In this document: positions 57,189 through 64,000 of the stretch, piece by piece
Layout of the letters: the number at the start of each line of letters is the position of its first letter
How positions within the stretch are numbered: the first letter of the stretch is position 1
From: a virus
Virus record (IMG/VR): IMGVR_UViG_3300021375_000007
Coordinates: 1-64,000 of that record
Length of the DNA: 64,000 nt
Reading direction: 5' to 3' (one strand)
The notes under the pieces: generated by a model
Told to the model about the DNA's origin: nothing
The model's input: only the letters and a program-made list of their open reading frames with translations
Database searches by the model: none
Program-made: the position numbers and the translations under genes

Positions 57189-59060
57189 CTATTTCACTGT
57201 TTTTTCGTCTTCAATTAAATTACTCTCGTCTAATAATGTACCATTATCATTATCAGAAGATTTGTCTTTAAGACTTTCATTTAATATTTGCTTACTTTTT
57301 AAACTAGTTGGTAATGTACTTATAAATGATGATATATCTTTCTGTTCCGTGCTTAAAGCACTACCACCTTTGAAATCCGAGGTAGTTGAAAAGTCAGGGG
57401 CAGCTTTATCTTTAACACCAAATGGATCTCTACCAAATGCATCTTTATGCTTGCCCCAAGTTCCATATTCTTTTGGACGGCCAGGTCCTGCTTCATTGTT
57501 ATCAGGCATACCTGGTAGATTGGCACTTGTTGCTGTATGCATGGTGGCTATATCATGTGGTGTACCAAAGCTCATATTTGTTTTCTTAGGATCATTTCCT
57601 TCGCTGCTTATTTGCTCTCTTCGGAAGCGTTCTTTAAGATCTTCTATTACCTGGTCTTGTTCGTTCTTCCATTCATCCTCAGACATATCAAATATATTTT
57701 CATATATCCATTGTTCTGAGAACATATTAAGTTCAATTAAATTAGCAGCCAACCCTTGACGCTCATTCATTAATTCAACTTTTTGCTTCTCATATATAAT
57801 TGAAGGACTAGTTAAATGTAATTCAAAATCAATTAATTCTTCATCTTGAAATCCTTGACTATATAAATGAACAATTGCTATCTTAGTTAGTTCTGAAATA
57901 AAGATTCTTTGAATCCTTTCAATTGTACGTGCAAATCGAATATCTTCTGCGGCTAATGTTGCTTTTCCTTCAACACCTTCGTCATATCCTAAGAATGCTT
58001 TTGGTATTTTAAGAGCTGACATCATCTTGTTACGTAAATATTCTATATCATCAATCTGACCATCATTTGATAAGCCTTGCAATGATTCAATACGTGTTCC
58101 AGACTCTCCACCTCTTACCGGAAGATAAAAATCTTCAAGCATATTCATCAAATTGAATTTAAGATTATATTCACCTGTCTGTTCATCGATATACGGAGTC
58201 TTTTTCATTTTGTTCATGATATTCTGCATATGAGAATCAACTTCGTTAGGCGGTATATTACCTACATCAATATAAAACAATCTTCTTTCTGGGGCTCTCA
58301 TTATTCTATGCAAGAGCATTGCATCTTCCATTAATATCAATTGCTTGAATACTTTTCGAGCACCTTCAATCATTGATTTACCATATGGTAAGAAATTAGC
58401 ATCTGATAGTAATCTGAAGTGAGCTACTTCATATGGTTCTAATTCATTCTTCTGTGATACTGAATATGAATTAACTGTTTGCAATGTAAATCTATATGCA
58501 TATGGATTATCAGGATCATATCCTTCTTCACGAACTACTTCATAAGATGACATAGGAGTTACATTAATAATTCCTATTTCCGGCTCGATATCTAAATGCA
58601 AATAAAAATCACCATATTTACATGCATTTCGTACCCATGGCCATAAATTGTATTCAATATTTAAAATATCATAAAACAAGTTATGTAGTATTTTTTGTAT
58701 CTTAGCATTATTAGTCTTAATACCTAATACATCATTTTCAACATTCTTTACTGTAGATTCATCTGCATATACATCTAATGCAGAGGCTATAATAGGATCT
58801 AAGTCCATTGCCTCATATTCAGTATATAATTCTGTTCTATTAGATTGAAAACTATATCCGGTACCATTATAAGTACTATACCGGCCTGATTTCTGCTGTA
58901 CTCCGGCGAATCGATCTGCATATCGACTATTATTAGCATTACCTGCTGATTGTAATCGGTTACTGTCTACGACCTTTAATCGATCCTTACCTAACCGACG
59001 AACTACTACATTTGTAGAAAATAGTCGTTCTAGTCTTTTAAAAAATGATTTATCTGCCAT
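57189..59060 (-). CDS. Portal protein (T4 gp20-like)
   Basis: PYGKSMIE, LMEDAMLLHRIMRAPERRLFYIDVGN, EDFYLPVRG, ALKIPK. Confidence 0.95.
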   Translation of the reverse strand: MADKSFFKRLERLFSTNVVVRRLGKDRLKVVDSNRLQSAGNANNSRYADRFAGVQQKSGRYSTYNGTGYSFQSNRTELYTEYEAMDLDPIIASALDVYADESTVKNVENDVLGIKTNNAKIQKILHNLFYDILNIEYNLWPWVRNACKYGDFYLHLDIEPEIGIINVTPMSSYEVVREEGYDPDNPYAYRFTLQTVNSYSVSQKNELEPYEVAHFRLLSDANFLPYGKSMIEGARKVFKQLILMEDAMLLHRIMRAPERRLFYIDVGNIPPNEVDSHMQNIMNKMKKTPYIDEQTGEYNLKFNLMNMLEDFYLPVRGGESGTRIESLQGLSNDGQIDDIEYLRNKMMSALKIPKAFLGYDEGVEGKATLAAEDIRFARTIERIQRIFISELTKIAIVHLYSQGFQDEELIDFELHLTSPSIIYEKQKVELMNERQGLAANLIELNMFSEQWIYENIFDMSEDEWKNEQDQVIEDLKERFRREQISSEGNDPKKTNMSFGTPHDIATMHTATSANLPGMPDNNEAGPGRPKEYGTWGKHKDAFGRDPFGVKDKAAPDFSTTSDFKGGSALSTEQKDISSFISTLPTSLKSKQILNESLKDKSSDNDNGTLLDESNLIEDEKTVK

Positions 59061-59087
59061 TATCTCGTTGTTTTATATAAATATTAA

Positions 59088-60668
59088 CTATTCTAATAAC
59101 CAGTTAAGATTATCATTATCTTTATCTCCAGATTGCCATTCCCAGCCTTGCGCGGTACCAGTTTTGCTAGAATATACTCCAGAATTTGATTTGCCAAAAT
59201 GGCCTAAAGCCTTACGTGATAAATCTAATCCTTGTTGCTTTAATCGTAATGCAGTATCTCGTATCCATAATGCAATTCCTAAGGACATAACTAAATCATC
59301 ATTATAACCTCGCTGAGCTTCTGCTCTAGAACCATTCCATATAAATGTAAACAATTCATCGATGCATCTATTTGAATGTACTACAATACCCTTTTCTCTG
59401 AAATATGTTTCTAATTTAGAAAGTAGCAATGGACGAGTTTTTGTCGTAGTTGAAAATCCAGGTACCATTTGTGATTTACTTTTGAGGTCATATCCTTTTC
59501 GTAAATGCACATTTTCATCTACATATGCATCTTGCTTGTAAGAATAATATAAATTATCATATCCTTTATCAATAGCAACTTGAATTGTCGCCCATCCAAT
59601 ATTATTGTTCTCAATAACTAATAACGCATTATTCCATTCAGTTGCAACTCCAATAAGCATATTACCATATTCGGTAGTACCTATCTTTCCTTTGTATTCT
59701 GCAACTTGCCGGACTTCATCTATATCAATTACATGAAACGCGCTGTAATCACTACCATCACCTCGAGCCACGTCAGCAACCACTGCGTATGATTTTGAAT
59801 AGTTCGGGTAATCCCATAACCAATAGTTTCCATCAAATCCTCTTTTTTCTATAGGGTCTTTTGTATATGTTTCTTTATACCACTGTAACAATGTACCGTC
59901 GATTACGGTATGGCCAGAAGAAACAAAATCACAATCACATTCCTGTGCTGCCATTTTCTCGCCTAAGAGCTGATCTTGTTCTGCTCTCCAAGTTTCATCT
60001 CGGTCCGGATGCATTGACCAATGTAATTCTATAGGTAAGAATTGCCCACCACTCTGAGCATCAACCCATGTTTTATGAAACCAATTACCGGTACCGTTAG
60101 GAGTAGATAATGCAATACAGCCACCACCAGTTGCTAACGTTTGTTGTGCCGCGGTCCATATCTCATCGATATTTTTAATAAATGCAGCCTCATCTAATAC
60201 TAGTAATGATAAGGCTTCTGATCTACCTGAGGTGCCTGATGATGATACGGCCTTTACTTGAGAACCATTTTTAAATCGTAAACTTAATTTGTTATTTTCA
60301 ACCAATCCACCTTGTAACCATTTTGGTAAATTATCATGCATTACCTGTATCTTAGTTACAAGATTTTTTGCAACATCTTTCGTGGTTGCAATTACTAGCA
60401 CATTGAAATCTGATTTAAAAAGCATTGACCATAAAATATAGCCAGCCGTTAATGTTGATATTCCTAATTGTCTAGATTTAAGAATAATTGAATATCGAGA
60501 ATCTCGTAATTCTGTTAATGATTGCTCTTGGAATGGATATAAATGAAAATAGGTTTTACCTCTGGTAGGATGTTGTATAATACAATACTTTTTCATGAAA
60601 TGTGCAGGATCTATTGCACATCGTTTAAACTCATCCTGTATTATTTCTCGTATTGATTTCTTGGCCAT
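59088..60668 (-). CDS. Terminase large subunit (T4 gp17-like)
   Basis: KSRQLGIST, LDEAAF, STPNG, ADVARG...D.S, NDDLVMS. Confidence 0.95.
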   Translation of the reverse strand: MAKKSIREIIQDEFKRCAIDPAHFMKKYCIIQHPTRGKTYFHLYPFQEQSLTELRDSRYSIILKSRQLGISTLTAGYILWSMLFKSDFNVLVIATTKDVAKNLVTKIQVMHDNLPKWLQGGLVENNKLSLRFKNGSQVKAVSSSGTSGRSEALSLLVLDEAAFIKNIDEIWTAAQQTLATGGGCIALSTPNGTGNWFHKTWVDAQSGGQFLPIELHWSMHPDRDETWRAEQDQLLGEKMAAQECDCDFVSSGHTVIDGTLLQWYKETYTKDPIEKRGFDGNYWLWDYPNYSKSYAVVADVARGDGSDYSAFHVIDIDEVRQVAEYKGKIGTTEYGNMLIGVATEWNNALLVIENNNIGWATIQVAIDKGYDNLYYSYKQDAYVDENVHLRKGYDLKSKSQMVPGFSTTTKTRPLLLSKLETYFREKGIVVHSNRCIDELFTFIWNGSRAEAQRGYNDDLVMSLGIALWIRDTALRLKQQGLDLSRKALGHFGKSNSGVYSSKTGTAQGWEWQSGDKDNDNLNWLLE

Positions 60669-60692
60669 AAAGTACTTTTAATATAAGAAAAA

Positions 60693-61112
60693 TTAAAGTG
60701 ATAACCAAATAATTGCCGCAATTGAACCAATTGCTATTGTGGTACCACTAGCTATAATTGCAATACGCTTTCGTCGCTCTTTTTTTGCTTTAACTAGATA
60801 TAATTTAATTTGATCATCCTTTACATCTATTAGATCATTCAAATCATTTACTTCATACTTATATCTACGTATAACACCTTTATAATTAATTATTACACTA
60901 TCCTTTTCTAATAGTTGAGCATCCTTAAGTGTTACAATTTTTCGAGTTGCGAGTAATTCAGCCTTACAAAAATCCCCAGACTTTATATCTTGTATAGCAC
61001 TTATAAGATATGATTTAGGTAAACAAATAATTGTATCATTTACCGTAACGCTTTGCGAAAAACTCTGAAATGTCGTTAGTATTAAAATTACTAATAGTTT
61101 CCAATGTTTCAT
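60693..61112 (-). CDS. Spanin-like partner: signal peptide, coiled coil and C-terminal hydrophobic segment
   Basis: MKHWKLLVILILTTFQSFS-Q; overlaps the upstream TM/coiled-coil gene in another frame. Confidence 0.5.
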   Translation of the reverse strand: MKHWKLLVILILTTFQSFSQSVTVNDTIICLPKSYLISAIQDIKSGDFCKAELLATRKIVTLKDAQLLEKDSVIINYKGVIRRYKYEVNDLNDLIDVKDDQIKLYLVKAKKERRKRIAIIASGTTIAIGSIAAIIWLSL

Positions 61113-61389
61113 TATAATCCTCCTTAAGGTCATTAATAACGATTTGTGTACTATCAATGCTATATTGTAATTTTGTTATAGATTGATTAAGGCTATCAAT
61201 ATTTTGAAAATATTTAGCACGTGCCACTTCATGCGATTGTATTACTACGTTTAGGCTATCTACTTTTTGCTGTAATTTATATTCTTTTACAGCATCTGCC
61301 GGAGATGGCCTTGTTATAATTGTCATTATTAATATTAGTAGTAATACGGCAATTGTTATAACGTGCCAATATTGCTTAACTAATGTCAT
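61036..61389 (-). CDS. Inner-membrane spanin-like protein
   Basis: N-terminal TM followed by a coiled coil (DSLN repeats); overlapping gene pair. Confidence 0.55.
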   Translation of the reverse strand: MTLVKQYWHVITIAVLLLILIMTIITRPSPADAVKEYKLQQKVDSLNVVIQSHEVARAKYFQNIDSLNQSITKLQYSIDSTQIVINDLKEDYNETLETISNFNTNDISEFFAKRYGK

Positions 61390-61991
61390 GATAAATCCTC
61401 TAAAAGTTTTTTCTTGAAATCTACAAACTCATTATCCATAAAATCTAAATATGTATCTCTGTCGACTTGATCCCATGTTTCTGTGGTACCATCGCTATTA
61501 ACAAATTCTTTTTTACCTTTCAATGCTTCACGCAATAATTCGAACTCTTTATCAACATCCTTAAGCCACGATTCGGCATTAGCTTTCATGAATTTTTTAG
61601 AATACTCTTCCCAAGCTTCTTTACCTTGTTGTTTAATCTTACGTTCGTTAACTAATACACAGCTAAAGCATGTCCCATGTATGCGATACATTTTTTCATG
61701 TAATTTCTTTTCATGGTCGCGCATATCACCACCACATTCGGGACAAATGGCTGGAATTGTCAATGCTTCACGGACCGTATCTATTATACTATTTCTTGCA
61801 GTTTTAACACGAAATCCGTCTTTCTGTTCCCACCGGTATGTAGTACCTGTTGCATTTGCCTCGTACCATACATCACCTACCTCTCGCTTTTTGCTAGCAG
61901 ATTTAGTATATCCACTAACCGATCGGTTTTGTGATTTATGACTACCGTCGAGTAGTTCCTTGATGTTTTCTAAATTACTTTTTTTTGTCAT
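61386..61991 (-). CDS. Hypothetical Zn-binding protein
   Basis: REVGDVW...CPECG...CFSC. Confidence 0.6.
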   Translation of the reverse strand: MTKKSNLENIKELLDGSHKSQNRSVSGYTKSASKKREVGDVWYEANATGTTYRWEQKDGFRVKTARNSIIDTVREALTIPAICPECGGDMRDHEKKLHEKMYRIHGTCFSCVLVNERKIKQQGKEAWEEYSKKFMKANAESWLKDVDKEFELLREALKGKKEFVNSDGTTETWDQVDRDTYLDFMDNEFVDFKKKLLEDLS

Positions 61992-62006
61992 AACTTGTTT
62001 TTTGGT

Positions 62007-62639
62007 TTATTCTTCTGGGAGTTCTTCTTCCTCAGGTTCTTCTATTGGCTCTTCTGGTATATCATCCACTGGTATATCATCAATAGGCTCTTCAATAGGT
62101 TCTTCCATTGGCTCTTCTTCACCTTGCTGAGCAAGCAATCCAGAAACAATATCACTAATCTTACTCGTCGGTACTCCGATCATTTTTGCAAACTTAACAA
62201 TTGCTTCTGCTCTTGCCGCATCAGGCTTAGAACCTAATCTTGCAAATCGTTTACCTAACACAGACTTACCTAGAATGCTAAATAATTGATTAACATCTAC
62301 ACGACCATCTTCTTCCGTTGGTAATGCAGGAATTTCTTCTTTTTCTTCACGTAATTTAGATTTATATCGTTTGGCACTTTCTACTAAATCCGGTAACGCT
62401 CTTTGCAATTTTTGCTTGGTAGAAGAATCTAATCCAACCTTCTTAATCATTGCAACAATAAATTCCACTTTCTGTGGCGGGGTTAGTTTACCAAATTCAG
62501 CATCAGAATCAAATTTCTTTAAAGCTGTTTTTGTAGCACCTTTTGCCTTTTTAATGTAATCAGGCTCATCTGCCTCTTTAAGATATTTACGAATTTGAGC
62601 TCTTATAGCTTCTCGTAATTTTTTTTCTGTACGTGTCAT
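62007..62639 (-). CDS. Hypothetical protein with an acidic Pro-rich tail
   Basis: KLREAIR...LKE at the N-terminus; EEP repeats at the C-terminus. Confidence 0.6.
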   Translation of the reverse strand: MTRTEKKLREAIRAQIRKYLKEADEPDYIKKAKGATKTALKKFDSDAEFGKLTPPQKVEFIVAMIKKVGLDSSTKQKLQRALPDLVESAKRYKSKLREEKEEIPALPTEEDGRVDVNQLFSILGKSVLGKRFARLGSKPDAARAEAIVKFAKMIGVPTSKISDIVSGLLAQQGEEEPMEEPIEEPIDDIPVDDIPEEPIEEPEEEELPEE

Positions 62640-62663
62640 ATAGTAAGTCCTTTGTTATAAATA

Positions 62664-64000
62664 TTACCGAGAATAACGAAATAGGCCTAATAGTTGATTT
62701 ACTGGTGCAAATGCGCCTGTATATTTGTAGGTCTTTCCTTTATATACAAATACTATGCCTTCTGATGGTACTATTTTATCAAAACCACCTAATCGTTCTA
62801 TTCTCTGTAATTGAATTTGTAATTTATTTAATGCTTCAAGATCATTTGAATCTTTAACAGCCTTTATTGCTTGTGCTACATCTTTCCTTAGGCTCTTAAC
62901 AGAATCCGCAGGATTAACTGCTAGATAATTAGTAATGTTACGCATTACATCGGCTCCTAACTCTAAAAAGATTTCTTCAAACTTTTTAATATTCTTTTTA
63001 CCTAAGGCCACTGATTGTGTTTTATCAATTTCTTTAGCCTTAGCTAATACAGCAGCATCAGGTATATTTTTTCCATTTAGCCTAAATGATTTATCACCCA
63101 ATGCCCATCGCCTCGTTAATCCATCTTTTACTTCTGGGGAGGCTTCTGGTATATTCTCATTAATGAATTTGGTCCACCATTCTTCATGATATTCAGATAC
63201 TTCTGCCTTATCCGGCAAACCAAACTCTTTTTGAATCTTATTTATCTTGCTAATATAATAAGGTACCTTTTCATCAAATTCAATATCCTTTTGCATTTGA
63301 ATTACATTTGGTGGTATAATCTTAAAATGCTCCTGTGTATCTGCATTTACTTTAGCAATTATCTTTTGAAGCTTATCACCCTGGTCTGGATATGATTTAA
63401 CTTTTTTACCAGTCTCATCAAATTCATCTAACCCATGGAATTGCAGATATGCAGCAGGTCCATATGATATAACATTTTGAGTGGCCGGATATATAATTTC
63501 CAAATTAACAAATCTACGACCATTCTGAAATAATTTAGTTCGTTGAGCTTCTGGTATTGCTAAAATAGCCTTTTCTAGATCTTCCATGGCATAAACAAAT
63601 GCTTTTTCAATATCTCCCCTGCCTTCAAATTTTTGAGCAATATCATCAATACTCATTGGATTGATAACTGTTGATTTATTTCTAGCAGCACCGACTTGAC
63701 CGTCTTTAAACGTAACTTGCAAATTCTGGCCATCCGTCTTTTCAGATACAGCTGATTCTAAATCTAATTCACCTGCCAATGACCGTCTTACTAATTCTTT
63801 AAGATCTTCAAAAGTTAAATCATTATCATCAAATGGATGTGCCATATGGCCTGCTGCTCCGCCTTCTGTTAATAATTTAGATTCTTTAAGAATTGATTTG
63901 AATTGCATGTTCCACCATTCTTTACTAGTTACAGATTCATCCATTGCTATTGGGTCCTTGCTAATTGTTTTAGGTGTTGCCTTAAGTACACTGGTAGGCT
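62664..64000 (-). CDS. Hypothetical protein with ligase-like nucleotidyltransferase motifs, partial: frame open to the window end
   Basis: EGGAAGHMAHPFD; SEKTDGQN (KxDG), NLEI, EGIVF and YKYTG resemble ATP-dependent ligase motifs I/III/IV/V; no stop upstream of 63944 within the window. Confidence 0.55.
   Translation of the reverse strand, partial: PTSVLKATPKTISKDPIAMDESVTSKEWWNMQFKSILKESKLLTEGGAAGHMAHPFDDNDLTFEDLKELVRRSLAGELDLESAVSEKTDGQNLQVTFKDGQVGAARNKSTVINPMSIDDIAQKFEGRGDIEKAFVYAMEDLEKAILAIPEAQRTKLFQNGRRFVNLEIIYPATQNVISYGPAAYLQFHGLDEFDETGKKVKSYPDQGDKLQKIIAKVNADTQEHFKIIPPNVIQMQKDIEFDEKVPYYISKINKIQKEFGLPDKAEVSEYHEEWWTKFINENIPEASPEVKDGLTRRWALGDKSFRLNGKNIPDAAVLAKAKEIDKTQSVALGKKNIKKFEEIFLELGADVMRNITNYLAVNPADSVKSLRKDVAQAIKAVKDSNDLEALNKLQIQLQRIERLGGFDKIVPSEGIVFVYKGKTYKYTGAFAPVNQLLGLFRYSR

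Overview
This 64 kb window is part of a large, AT-rich T4-like (myovirus) phage genome. Essentially all genes lie on the minus strand. The host is very probably a Bacteroidota bacterium, based on a T9SS type-B sorting domain, Bacteroidota-like promoters and Q-rule signal peptides; the phage also carries a bS21 gene beside the head genes. From the left, the window holds: (1) a replication, DNA-modification and chaperonin block with a glycosyltransferase, Cas4-like nuclease, clamp loader and clamp, GroEL/GroES, dUTPase, PolB, HPRT, an HNH nuclease, and a 7-deazaguanine cluster (DpdA-like TGT, GT-B glycosyltransferase, FolE, QueE, QueD); (2) small early ORFs behind a duplicated 95-bp promoter cassette; (3) class II RNR, helicase, flap nuclease, RecA, gp32 and a compact PolA; (4) baseplate, tape measure, tail tube, sheath and neck genes; (5) a three-gene secreted-protein cassette ending in a T9SS type-B CTD; (6) tail fibres, PhoH, major capsid, scaffold, bS21, prohead protease, portal, terminase and a spanin-like pair. 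The best candidates for new biology are: the T9SS cargo cassette, two of whose proteins share a C-terminal TGAITH[D/N] motif; a DpdA plus glycosyltransferase cluster hinting at a glycosylated deazaguanine; an unannotated +1/-2 frameshift joining gp26-like and gp51-like chaperones; an ~80-aa insertion in PolB; and a possible bS21/Shine-Dalgarno translational switch. All functional calls come from motif recognition by eye; no database searches were run.
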